From assembly GCA_944323045.1 (NCBI GenBank), contig CALUQX010000009.1, positions 11,903-75,902 of the forward strand: 64,000 nucleotides of DNA, in the 5' to 3' direction. The stretch is from Candidatus Gastranaerophilales bacterium (GTDB taxonomy: Bacteria; Cyanobacteriota; Vampirovibrionia; Gastranaerophilales; Gastranaerophilaceae). Positions 33,771 to 43,209 of the stretch are shown in pieces (position 1 is the stretch's first letter; every line of letters begins with the position of its first letter). The notes below the pieces were generated by a model. The model was not told where the DNA came from. It made no database searches and saw only the letters and a list, made by a program, of their open reading frames with translations. Position numbers and translations under genes: made by a program.

Positions 33771-33950
33771 GAGTGAGTAAGGTGAGTGAAGTGAGTATTG
33801 TGAGTAAAGAACTGTAGTCGTAGGGTGCCGTCGTTTCGACGCACCGGTACTCAGTGACCAGTGAATGGTGAACGGTTGTTACAAAAGTGATTAGGCGACT
33901 GGGTGATTAAGTGATTAAGAGGGTTTGAAGTGGACCCCTAAAAGTGGACC
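33771..33950. repeat. mosaic repeat fragment abutting the IS3 remnant
   Basis: GTGAGTNNN 9-mers (33771-33809), the GTCGTAGGGTGCCGTCGTTTCGACGCACCGGT module (33817-33848), GTGAAC units and the GTGATTAAG module. Confidence 0.8.
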
Positions 33951-33951
33951 T

Positions 33952-34650
33952 CTAAGCAGCGAGTAATTTCAGTGCGAACTGCTTAGGCGACAATTTGTTT
34001 TTATTCCACTGCGGTCTGTTATTGTAATCATACATGTATTTGTCCACAACGGCAACAACATCTTCAAAAGTTTTACAATTGTTAAATTCAACATAATCCT
34101 TCATATGCCCGAAAAAACTTTCTACAACAGCATTGTCCAATGGCGTTCCAGGACGTGACATAGAATGTATCTTCTGGTATTTAATCATTAAGTCATTAAA
34201 TGCTTTGCTTGTATATTGACAGCCTCTATCTGTATGCAACATCTTTATTCCTCGTTCCTTCCCTAATAATCGCTCTGTTGAATTTAGGATAAATTCCTTA
34301 CTTTGTTTTGAGGATAAAGCATATTCAAGAACTTCTCCTGTTTTGACATCTATATACACATTTAAATAACATTTATTGTTTTGGTAATAAATATACGTAA
34401 CATCTCCACAGACCACAGTCCTTACTCGCTGTGATTTAAAGTCGCGGTTTAATATATTTTCTTTAATGTATTGCTCTTCTCATAAACATTGATTAATTTT
34501 TTGTTTTTTACGTATTTGACATATTAAATTTTCTTTTTTCATTATTCGTTGCACCTTTTTTCTATTAATAGTAAGCCCATAAAGTTTTAAAGCAATGAGT
34601 TTAATTTGTCGTGACCCTTTTTTATTACAAAACAAAATAAAGGCAAGGTT
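33952..34650 (-). pseudogene. IS3-family transposase (OrfB/rve integrase) remnant, 5'-truncated with an in-frame TGA
   Basis: DDE/rve motifs (CGDVTYI, HTDRGCQYTS, SRPGTPLDNAVVESFF). The upstream frame continues (KKGSRQIKLIALKLYGLTINRKKVQRIMKKENL) but is interrupted by an in-frame TGA at 34480-34482. No OrfA and no terminal inverted repeats were seen. Confidence 0.75.
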
Positions 34651-34719
34651 TGTTTGAACGTGTAGAGTTATTGATTTTTTATTTTGTTTGTTGTGTAATA
34701 CTCTTACAGCAAATAAATT

Positions 34720-35622
34720 TTGCGAGTTCTACAGAAAGAAGACAATATTAAATTGCCTAAAAATATTACATTAGCGAAACTTGCGGGATTTTGTTACGGT
34801 GTAAAAAGAGCCGTTGAAACCGCTAAAAAATTAAAAGCCGAAAACCCTGATAAAAATGTTTTTGTACTTGGTGAATTAATACATAATTCACAGGTTATAA
34901 GCGAATTGGAAGCACTGGGGATTAAAACGCTTACAGAAATTCCTCAATCAGGTGAAGGTATTTGTGTAATCAGAAGTCATGGCGAGAGTCCGGAAGTTAT
35001 TGAGAAAATTAAAAATGCAGGGTTCACTCCTGTTGATTTGACCTGCCCTGACGTTAAAAAAGTGCAACAAAAAGCAATTGAACTTGCAAAAGAAGATTAT
35101 TTTGTTGTGATTGTAGGCAAATCCGAGCATCCGGAAGTAATCGCAATAAAGGCAAATGCAGAACTGTGGAGTAAAAATGTTGTTGTCGCAGCATCGGTTG
35201 AACAGCTTAAACCTTTTGAAAATGAACTTAAGTCGCATAAAAAAGTTGGAGTTGTTGTTCAAACTACACAGCGTATAACAACATTGAATGAAATTGTTGA
35301 ATATTTGACAGGCATTTCAAAAGAACTCCACATCGCAAACACAATCTGTGCAAGTACTGCAATGCGACAAAAAGAAGCAAAAGAACTTGCGCAAAACAGC
35401 GACTTAATGATTGTTGTCGGTTCAAAAAAGAGTGCAAACACAACCCATCTGGCAGAAATTCTGACCGGTATAACTAAGACTATCCACATTGAAAATGACG
35501 ATGAATTGGATAATTACAAAGATTTGATAAGTAAAGCTCAAAACATTTCAATAACAGCAGGGGCATCTACCCCGCAAAATATTATTGAAAAAGTTTTGGA
35601 TAAATTAAAAAAAGGAGAATAA
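34720..35622 (+). CDS. ispH: 4-hydroxy-3-methylbut-2-enyl diphosphate reductase
   Basis: AGFCYGVKRAV, three conserved Cys (C..C..C positions), HPEV, SANT motifs. Start codon uncertain (TTG in the ORF track). Confidence 0.85.
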   Translation: MRVLQKEDNIKLPKNITLAKLAGFCYGVKRAVETAKKLKAENPDKNVFVLGELIHNSQVISELEALGIKTLTEIPQSGEGICVIRSHGESPEVIEKIKNAGFTPVDLTCPDVKKVQQKAIELAKEDYFVVIVGKSEHPEVIAIKANAELWSKNVVVAASVEQLKPFENELKSHKKVGVVVQTTQRITTLNEIVEYLTGISKELHIANTICASTAMRQKEAKELAQNSDLMIVVGSKKSANTTHLAEILTGITKTIHIENDDELDNYKDLISKAQNISITAGASTPQNIIEKVLDKLKKGE

Positions 35623-35626
35623 AATA

Positions 35627-36730
35627 ATGACAGTAACATTAGAAAAAACATCAGCAGATGAATTTGAAAAATTGTTAGAAGAATCTTTCTCAAAGGCTTA
35701 CTCAGTAGCTGACATTGTAGAAGGAACAGTTATCAAAAAAGAACAGGACGGTTATTTAGTAAGTGTTAAAGGCGCTAAAACAGAAGCTTTTCTTCCTGAA
35801 AAAGAAATTTCTGGTACTGAAGGCTATGAATCAGTAGAAATAGGCGATGTTAAAGAATTTTATGTATTAAAAGAAGAAAACGATGAAGAAAGCATGCTTT
35901 TATCACTTAAAAGACTTGCTTTTGCTCAAGCATGGGCACAACTTAATGACGCAAAAATTCAAGGCGATACAATTCTTGCAAAAGTTATCTCTATTGTTAA
36001 AGGCGGAGTTCTGGTTGACGTTGCAGATTTAAAAGGGTTTATTCCTTCATCACAACTCAGAACTGGCACACCATTTGACGGTTTGATTGATACAAAAATT
36101 GAAGTAAAAGTTCTTGAAGCTGATCCTAAGAAAAATAAATTAATTCTTTCTCAAAGATTAGCAGTAGCAGAACAACGCGATCAGGTTGTTGACAACATTC
36201 TTTCTGAATTAGAAGAAGATCAGATTGTTAAGGGTGAAGTTGTAAGAATTGCTGATTTCGGTGCTTTTGTTGATATCAACGGCATTGACGGCTTGCTCCC
36301 TATTTCTGAAATTTCCTGGCAGAGAATTAAACATCCTTCTGATGTAATCAAACTCGGTGAAACAATCGAAGTTAAAATTATCAAAATTGATAATGAATTA
36401 AAGAGAATATCTTTATCATTAAAAAGAATGGGCGAAGATCCGTGGCAGCAGATTGAAGGACAATTCACTGAAGGTCAAATCATTACAGGAACTGTAAATA
36501 AAGTAACAGGATTCGGCGCATTTATAAATATCTTCCCGGGTGTTGAAGCATTACTGCCTGTTTCTGAAATGGCTGAAGAAAACGTAAATCCGTTTAACAA
36601 ATTCAAAGTAGGCGATAGTGTTGAAGTTCTGATTAAGAAATTCACCCCGCAAGAACACAGAATTGCTTTGAGCATAAAAGATATTAACAAAGAAACTAAA
36701 GAAGAAACAGTTTCTGAAGTTCAAGCTTAA
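35627..36730 (+). CDS. rpsA: 30S ribosomal protein S1-like (four S1 RNA-binding domains)
   Basis: Repeated G..V.G.V..i..fGaFV S1 motifs. Conserved ispH-rpsA adjacency. Confidence 0.8.
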   Translation: MTVTLEKTSADEFEKLLEESFSKAYSVADIVEGTVIKKEQDGYLVSVKGAKTEAFLPEKEISGTEGYESVEIGDVKEFYVLKEENDEESMLLSLKRLAFAQAWAQLNDAKIQGDTILAKVISIVKGGVLVDVADLKGFIPSSQLRTGTPFDGLIDTKIEVKVLEADPKKNKLILSQRLAVAEQRDQVVDNILSELEEDQIVKGEVVRIADFGAFVDINGIDGLLPISEISWQRIKHPSDVIKLGETIEVKIIKIDNELKRISLSLKRMGEDPWQQIEGQFTEGQIITGTVNKVTGFGAFINIFPGVEALLPVSEMAEENVNPFNKFKVGDSVEVLIKKFTPQEHRIALSIKDINKETKEETVSEVQA

Positions 36731-36746
36731 TTAATTCGGTATTTTT

Positions 36747-36780
36747 AAAGTGCGGACGCTTAAGTAAGCGTCCGCACTTT
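36747..36780 (+). terminator. terminator hairpin after rpsA
   Basis: AAAGTGCGGACGCTTAAGTAAGCGTCCGCACTTT: a long perfect stem. Confidence 0.7.
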
Positions 36781-36840
36781 ATACTTATATAAATATGTTT
36801 TTCACTTGCGCAATTTAACAAAACGCGCTAGAATAATACT

Positions 36841-37311
36841 ATGAAAATTTTAGGCATAGATCCGGGTATGGCAATAGTAGGGTATAGTCTTGTTGATTTT
36901 GACGGAGAAACGTCGCAACTCCTGCATTCAGGTTCTATAAGAACTTCTAAAGATGATTCTGAAGCCGCCAGATTACTGGAAATATTTGAGGACATGACAA
37001 CTATTGTTGAAAAATACAAACCTGACGCGGCATCAATTGAAAAACTGTTTTTCTTTAGAAATCAGACAACTGTAATGCCGGTTGCTCACGCCCGCGGGGT
37101 TATACTCACTGTACTGGAAAAATTTAAAATACCAATATTTGAATACACGCCGATGGAGGTCAAACAGATTCTTACAGGCTACGGACGCGCTGATAAAAAA
37201 GAAGTCGAACAGATGGTTAAACTCGCACTCGGTTGCGACAATCTGCCGAAATTGGATGACACCGTCGATTCCATTGCTATTGCTATCTGTCATACCCGTC
37301 ACTGTTTGTGA
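36841..37311 (+). CDS. ruvC: crossover junction endodeoxyribonuclease RuvC
   Basis: ILGIDPG, acidic catalytic residues and the C-terminal DAIAIAICH motif. Confidence 0.9.
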   Translation: MKILGIDPGMAIVGYSLVDFDGETSQLLHSGSIRTSKDDSEAARLLEIFEDMTTIVEKYKPDAASIEKLFFFRNQTTVMPVAHARGVILTVLEKFKIPIFEYTPMEVKQILTGYGRADKKEVEQMVKLALGCDNLPKLDDTVDSIAIAICHTRHCL

Positions 37312-37808
37312 TAAAATGTTTTTGGAGAAAGCTTATGAATAAAATTTTATTAAAGCAAATCAGTATTTTAAGTGTTATCGCAGGTATTATACTCGCATTT
37401 TTAACATTAATACCTTTTGTCGGTCAACTCGCTTTCATAGTACTTATGGCGTTTGTTGCAGCATTAGTTATTGTATTTATGGTAAAAATAGATTTGCTGG
37501 AAATTCTTTCTATACGCGAAAGTGTTGTGCTTGGGGCGTTAATCGGTTTTATTTCATTTATGGCTTTTGCAGTAGTTTATCTGCCTATAGTTGCGCTTCT
37601 CGGCAGATTTTTTAATCTTTATTATTTATATGGAATTTCTCTGATACTGAATGTTGGCAGTTTTGGTGTGATTTTTATGCTTACTGTTTTTGTGGCAACT
37701 CTGAGTGCCACGATTAATGCTTTTACTGCCTTTATTACGTTTTACGTGTTGGAATTTCTTAAATCTATAGATAAAAATGACAATAATAATGACAAATTTA
37801 AAATGTAG
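37308..37808 (+). CDS. hypothetical integral membrane protein
   Basis: Four or five hydrophobic helices. Probable start at 37335. Confidence 0.5.
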   Translation: MIKCFWRKLMNKILLKQISILSVIAGIILAFLTLIPFVGQLAFIVLMAFVAALVIVFMVKIDLLEILSIRESVVLGALIGFISFMAFAVVYLPIVALLGRFFNLYYLYGISLILNVGSFGVIFMLTVFVATLSATINAFTAFITFYVLEFLKSIDKNDNNNDKFKM

Positions 37809-37885
37809 CTTTAACTTTGAATAAGCAATTTGATATGTAGGAAATAGGAAAGGCGGACTTGCAAAATTGCAGCCGAAAATAAAAT

Positions 37886-38938
37886 ATGAGCGAATTTAAA
37901 TCAAAAATTAAAACAATTGAATGGATTGATAATTATTCAAAAATGGTGGATCAAACGGTTTTGCCATACGAATTTAAATATGTAAAAATCACAAACGGTC
38001 AACAGATGTATGATGCAATAAAAACAATGATTGTCCGCGGCGCTCCGGCAATAGGTGTTGCAGGTGCTCACGGGGTTGTATTGTATGCACAGGAACTTGC
38101 AGACAAGAATCTTTCACGTGATGAATTTATAAAAGAACTTAACGAAAAAGCTGATTATATGGCAAGCTCCCGCCCGACTGCCGTAAATTTGATGTGGGCA
38201 GTTAAAAAGCAGAAAGAAATTCTCAATAACTCAAAATCCGATATAAAAGGCATAGTCGAAGAACTTAAACAAAACGGAATAAAACTAGAAAACGAAGATA
38301 TTGAGATTAATAAAAAGATTGGTGATTATGGTGCAGAAGTTGTTCCTAAAGGCGCAACTATTTTAACTCATTGTAATGCAGGAGCACTCGCAACTGTAGG
38401 GTATGGAACAGCACTGGGCGTTGTACGTTCTGCTTTTGCAAATGATCCGACAATTCAGGTATTTGCTGACGAAACCCGTCCGCGTCAGCAAGGGGCAAGA
38501 ATTACTACACTTGAACTCACAATGGACGGTATTCCAACCACACTTATCACAGACGGTATGTGTTCTTACTTTATGAAAAAAGGCATGATAGATATGGTTG
38601 TGGTAGGCGCTGACAGAATTGCAGCAAACGGTGATGCTGCAAATAAAATAGGCACATATACAGTTGCAATTGCTGCAAAATATCATAATATTCCGTTTTA
38701 TGTAGCGGCTCCGCTTTCTACAATTGATACAAGTATCAAAACAGGTGATGAAATCGTCATAGAAGAGCGCTCAAGAGAAGAAGTTACACATATAAACGGA
38801 AAAATTATCTGTGCTCCGGAAGTCAACATTATTAATCCGGGATTTGATGTGACTCCGCACGAATTAATAACAGGAATCATCACTGAAAAAGGTATTTTAC
38901 GCGCGCCTTACGAAAAATCAATTGCACAGGCATTTTAA
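37886..38938 (+). CDS. mtnA: S-methyl-5-thioribose-1-phosphate isomerase (eIF-2B alpha/beta/delta family)
   Basis: VRGAPAIGVAGA, SSRPTAVNL, THCNAGALAT, VVGADRIAANGDAANKIGTY motifs. Confidence 0.85.
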   Translation: MSEFKSKIKTIEWIDNYSKMVDQTVLPYEFKYVKITNGQQMYDAIKTMIVRGAPAIGVAGAHGVVLYAQELADKNLSRDEFIKELNEKADYMASSRPTAVNLMWAVKKQKEILNNSKSDIKGIVEELKQNGIKLENEDIEINKKIGDYGAEVVPKGATILTHCNAGALATVGYGTALGVVRSAFANDPTIQVFADETRPRQQGARITTLELTMDGIPTTLITDGMCSYFMKKGMIDMVVVGADRIAANGDAANKIGTYTVAIAAKYHNIPFYVAAPLSTIDTSIKTGDEIVIEERSREEVTHINGKIICAPEVNIINPGFDVTPHELITGIITEKGILRAPYEKSIAQAF

Positions 38939-38950
38939 AAAGGAACTTTT

Positions 38951-40981
38951 ATGAAAAAGAAAGTAATAGCATATCTGCACACCCACTGGGACAGAGAATG
39001 GTATAGAGAATATGAAGTTTTTAGACTGCGGCTTTTGAGAGTATTTGACAATGTTCTTGATATGCTGACTCAGAAAAAAATTCCCTGTTTTTATTTTGAC
39101 GGTCAGGTGGGCGCATTGCTTGATTATCTGGAATTGCGACCGGAAAAAGAGCTGCTTGTCCGCAATCTGTGTGCAGAAAAAAAACTTTTTATTGGTCCTT
39201 GCTATTGCCTGCTTGATGAATACCTGACAGATAGAAAGGCATTTGAAAAAACTCTGGAAATAGGCTTGAAAATTTCACATGACTTTGGTTGTACTGATTT
39301 TATAGGCTATCTTGCAGATACTTTTGGACACAGCAAAAATATACCGCAGATTTTTAAAAAGTTTGGTATAGACAAATGCATGGTCTGGCGCGGATGCGGT
39401 GATATTCCTGCAGAATTCACCTTTAATGGGATTGATACGGTGAATCTCATCCGCGGGTATTATATGGATATTTTTTCTTCACCAATTTCAATAGATGAAA
39501 AAGCAGTCTGGTTGAAAGGTAATCTTGACAAAATTGCTGAAAAATCTTCCAATACCCTTCTTTTGCCAATCGGTGCCGATCATCTCGGTGTTGAAAAGAA
39601 TATTGCAGAACAGATTAGTGAAATTAATAAACGGCTTGATGATTATGAAATTGTTCTGGGTTCGCCTTTTGATTATTTTGACGCTGTGAAAGATAATTTT
39701 AAACAATTTATCTGGAACGATGAATTACGCGACAATTCTAAAACATTCATACTTTCTGGCTGTTATTCCGCAAGAACTAAGTTAAAGCAGATGAATGTAG
39801 AATCTTCATACAAACTTGCACTTGCTGACAAATACCAGCAGCACCGCGGCGCAAAGTATAATAATGCGATTGAATATGCTTACAAAATGCTTTTGAAAAA
39901 CTTGGCACATGACGGAATATGCGGCTGTTCAACAGATGCAGTGCATAGAGAAAATATGATTCGTTATGAAAAAATTCAACAGGTTGCAGATACAATTATA
40001 AAAGAATTAAAATTTGAACATCCGCAAACGGTTAACTTTAGTGATTATAATGGCGTTGTGGAATTTGAATCGCCTGAAATACTGCCGGATACTCAAGTTA
40101 TTGAGACGCGCTATGGATTTGAAGATTCTCTATTGTTTGATACACAGCGTATTCCGGTTACTGAAGATTACAAACCGATTTATAAGCAACTAAAAGAATT
40201 GTCGGTGTCGGATGATACTTTAGAAGCAGGTAATAATTTTATTAAAAACCGTCATATTACGTTAATAGTAGAGAATAATTTAATAAAAATTTCTTCAGAA
40301 AAAGAGAATTGCACGGTTGAATTTGAACGCTGGCATGATGAAGGCGATACTTATAATTTTGGTGCAGTTGAGGACGATATTCCAGAAGTTGCGGAAATTA
40401 CCGGTACAGAATTGGTTACGGAAGGCAAACTGCGTGTCGGACTGCTTATTAAAACAACATTTTTTAACGTTGTTGCATATTTAAATAAGAATTCAGAACT
40501 GATTAATTTTAAAATAGAATGGAATAATGAATTGCGTAATAGATTGTGGCAGGTGAAGTTTAATCTTGCAGCCCCTGTTTGTGAAACTTATTCTGAGGAT
40601 ATGAACAGTGTTATTTGCAGAGAATTCAATCCTGAATACAATATGCGGGAACATTTGCCAAAAGTACGCGGCATAGAGGTAAAAACAAATTTCGCGCCTA
40701 TGCAAAGATATGTCGGAACAGAAAATTTTGGTGTAATAACTAAAGGGCTTACGGAATATGAAGTCTGGAAAAATTCACTGAAAGTTACCTTGCTGCGTAG
40801 TACAGGAGTTATTTCAAATCCTAAAAACCCTTCGCGTTCTACACCTGCAGGACCACCGTTGCCGGTTGAAGAGGCACAACAGTTAGGATGTAATAACGCA
40901 GAATTCGCCGTAGGATTTTTTGCTCCAGAGGATTATCAGAAATATATAGATGAAGTATTTCCAATGAACATCGTTGTGTGA
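38951..40981 (+). CDS. glycoside hydrolase family 38 protein (alpha-mannosidase / mannosylglycerate hydrolase-like)
   Basis: N-terminal HTHWDREW metal-binding motif and the LADTFGH motif characteristic of GH38. Confidence 0.8.
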   Translation: MKKKVIAYLHTHWDREWYREYEVFRLRLLRVFDNVLDMLTQKKIPCFYFDGQVGALLDYLELRPEKELLVRNLCAEKKLFIGPCYCLLDEYLTDRKAFEKTLEIGLKISHDFGCTDFIGYLADTFGHSKNIPQIFKKFGIDKCMVWRGCGDIPAEFTFNGIDTVNLIRGYYMDIFSSPISIDEKAVWLKGNLDKIAEKSSNTLLLPIGADHLGVEKNIAEQISEINKRLDDYEIVLGSPFDYFDAVKDNFKQFIWNDELRDNSKTFILSGCYSARTKLKQMNVESSYKLALADKYQQHRGAKYNNAIEYAYKMLLKNLAHDGICGCSTDAVHRENMIRYEKIQQVADTIIKELKFEHPQTVNFSDYNGVVEFESPEILPDTQVIETRYGFEDSLLFDTQRIPVTEDYKPIYKQLKELSVSDDTLEAGNNFIKNRHITLIVENNLIKISSEKENCTVEFERWHDEGDTYNFGAVEDDIPEVAEITGTELVTEGKLRVGLLIKTTFFNVVAYLNKNSELINFKIEWNNELRNRLWQVKFNLAAPVCETYSEDMNSVICREFNPEYNMREHLPKVRGIEVKTNFAPMQRYVGTENFGVITKGLTEYEVWKNSLKVTLLRSTGVISNPKNPSRSTPAGPPLPVEEAQQLGCNNAEFAVGFFAPEDYQKYIDEVFPMNIVV

Positions 40982-41970
40982 CGTAGTTTGGGGACAATTG
41001 AAAAATAATAGCGGGCACCGATTCGGAGACCCGTGAGCAGTCGTAGGGAGCCGTCGTTTCGACGAACAGGTTCGCTGTGAATTGTGAACGGTTGTTACAA
41101 AAGTGATTAAGTGACTGGGTGATTAAGTGATTAAGCGGGTTACTTGAATCAGGCAACGCCACCATGTCATCGCGCAGCGGCATAGTCGCAATTCTAGCAA
41201 GTCGTAGATAATGCGCGATCTCTACCAATAACGTCATCCCGCAAGCGGCATTTACGCGTCACGCAAGAATCGTCGCCTTGCGGGATCTCTTATGGAGGTC
41301 GTTAAGTTACTAAGGCACTGAGGCACTAAGTAGTTAATAAAATCAGGTAATGTGGAATGCAGCATTGCTTGTGTTTTTCATGTCCTCCCCTGGAGGGAGG
41401 ACCGGAATTTTTAATTCCGAGGAGGGGGACGCGAACGTAGTGAGCGTTTAATAACTAGAACACTGTCAAGTGCAACATGGGCTAGATGCTGAAACAGTCT
41501 TGGTTGCTCGCGTGTGTCTTACTCGTTCGCGTTTAGCAGGTCTTCGGTTGACGCCAGCAATGGCAGAGCCATTTTGCCGTCAAGCCTCCGCCTTCCGCTC
41601 TCTCGCGCAACGGCGTTCCGGACTTTCTTTTCAGCGGCTTTGCCGCCTCCAAAGAAAGCTCCTACAGCCTCTGCTCGCAATCCGCAGTTCAGCATGACAA
41701 AAAATAAATAAGGCAACGCTTGAATCTTGCTTTGCCTTATTTTGAAATCCTCTTAATCACCTAATCACTCAGTCACCTAATCACTTTAAAACAGAGATCG
41801 CGCAACCCGTGCGCGATGACATGAAAACATCCGACAACATGGGATATCCACATTGCCTGATTAATTGTAAATACTTTACTCACATTACTCACCCCACTCA
41901 CTTTAGTCACTCTTTTTGAGATCACGCAAGTCATCAAGTCTTGTGCGCTCCGTCCTTCGATTCAATATAC
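40982..41970. repeat. orphan ~1-kb non-coding mosaic repeat region
   Basis: Module set of the paralog A/B downstream regions in inverted orientation. Includes two tandem polar stem-loops (41166-41222, 41233-41289), a third at 41794-41823 and a GC-rich island at 41470-41700. Only repeat-derived ORFs are present. Confidence 0.8.
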
Positions 41971-43131
41971 TCACGCATTATAGGCAGCAAAGAATGCTTT
42001 CAACAATTCGTGACCTTTGAGCATTGACTTATAATCCAGTGTTTCGTCTTTTGAATGCATATTGTATACTGTTGCAAAGCCTGCTAAATACGGAGCGAAC
42101 ACCTCACCATTTGCATTTTTCTTGCCTGCATAAATATGAGTTTCAGCGCCGGCGTGGAATGATGAAATCTTATAATCAACACCTGCTTTTCTAGCTGCTG
42201 TTTCAAACAATATCGGAATATATTCATCTTCAACTTTTTCAAATGGCGGCAAATGTTCTTCAAATGTTATTTCAGCTTTTGCAACACCTTCATACTCTTT
42301 ATTGCAATGTTCAATTTCGTTTTTCATCATTGTTTTTAATTCTTCTTCAACTGAACGGCTTGCACTTCTTATTGAATAAGTTGCTTCTGCATAAGTGTTA
42401 ATTACATTTGTTACATCGACATTTCCTGCTTTAATTCCACCGATATTGCAGGAAGTTATTACCTGACCGTTTTCGCTGTAGAAAACACCTTGCGGAAGAT
42501 TTGATACAATATCAGCAATTAATTTTGCGGCATTTTCTCTTGTTTTGTCGGCAATATCAATTCCTGAATGTCCGCCTTTGAATGTGTTAACCGTAATTTT
42601 AACAAGAGTATAACTGGCACCGGAAACTTCTAATTGTCCAAGACTGTCACTGTCACATACTAAAATATATTTAGACTGCAATTTAGAAAAATCAACATGT
42701 TTTATCCCTGACATACCTGATTCTTCATCTCTTGTAAACATCAATTCCAATCCACCGTGTTTCATTTCCGAATTTGCGACTTCTTTAGCCAGAAAAAGCG
42801 CATTGGCAACACCAGCCTTGTCGTCGCCGCCTAATGTTCTGCCCTTTGCTCTTATTAAATCACCGTCCAGATAAGTTTCAACCGGACTATCATCTCCGAT
42901 TACATCCATATGAGAGGACAACAACAAAGATGGTTTAGATGAATCTGTAGGCAAAACATGTGCATAAACATTGCCATAGCTGTCGTGTTCGCACGGAATA
43001 TTATTTTTTTTGCAGTAATCCAGAATCCAATTAGACACATTTTCTTCTTGCAAAGAAGGTGACGGTACTTCTGCAAGATTACAGAATAAATCAACTAACT
43101 CATTTTCTTTTCTTAAAACACTTAATTCCAT
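41971..43131 (-). CDS. M20-family metallopeptidase (PepT/PepD-like)
   Basis: SSHMDV, GGDDKAGVA, TRDEE(S)G metal-ligand motifs. Start set at MELSV (AGGAG RBS). Confidence 0.75.
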   Translation of the reverse strand: MELSVLRKENELVDLFCNLAEVPSPSLQEENVSNWILDYCKKNNIPCEHDSYGNVYAHVLPTDSSKPSLLLSSHMDVIGDDSPVETYLDGDLIRAKGRTLGGDDKAGVANALFLAKEVANSEMKHGGLELMFTRDEESGMSGIKHVDFSKLQSKYILVCDSDSLGQLEVSGASYTLVKITVNTFKGGHSGIDIADKTRENAAKLIADIVSNLPQGVFYSENGQVITSCNIGGIKAGNVDVTNVINTYAEATYSIRSASRSVEEELKTMMKNEIEHCNKEYEGVAKAEITFEEHLPPFEKVEDEYIPILFETAARKAGVDYKISSFHAGAETHIYAGKKNANGEVFAPYLAGFATVYNMHSKDETLDYKSMLKGHELLKAFFAAYNA

Positions 43132-43209
43132 TTTAATTACTCCTATTTTTGTAAGTGTACCTGCTATCATAAAGATGAGAGTAATTATTTAAACTAGTAT
43201 TTTAAAAAT

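Noticed and set aside
33771-33809. Resemblance of GTGAGT repeats and TTACTAAG/TACTTAG units to eukaryotic 5' splice-site and branch-point consensus
   Set aside because: The context is unambiguously bacterial (RBS-led operons, Rho-independent terminators, a bacterial tRNA and ribosomal genes). The motifs occur as tandem arrays in both orientations, so the resemblance is coincidental.
34480-34482. In-frame TGA in the IS3 transposase as evidence for TGA recoding (code 4/25)
   Set aside because: Several well-supported genes in the window terminate at TGA at the expected protein length (for example 2440-4116 and 13928-14161). TGA is therefore a genuine stop and the transposase is a pseudogene.
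41600-41660. RNase P RNA-like string (GAAAGTCCGGA on the minus strand) in the GC-rich island
   Set aside because: Only one short match to the CR-I consensus. The other universally conserved RNase P regions are not found, and a related island occurs twice in the window (25190-25310), which is inconsistent with a single-copy essential RNA.
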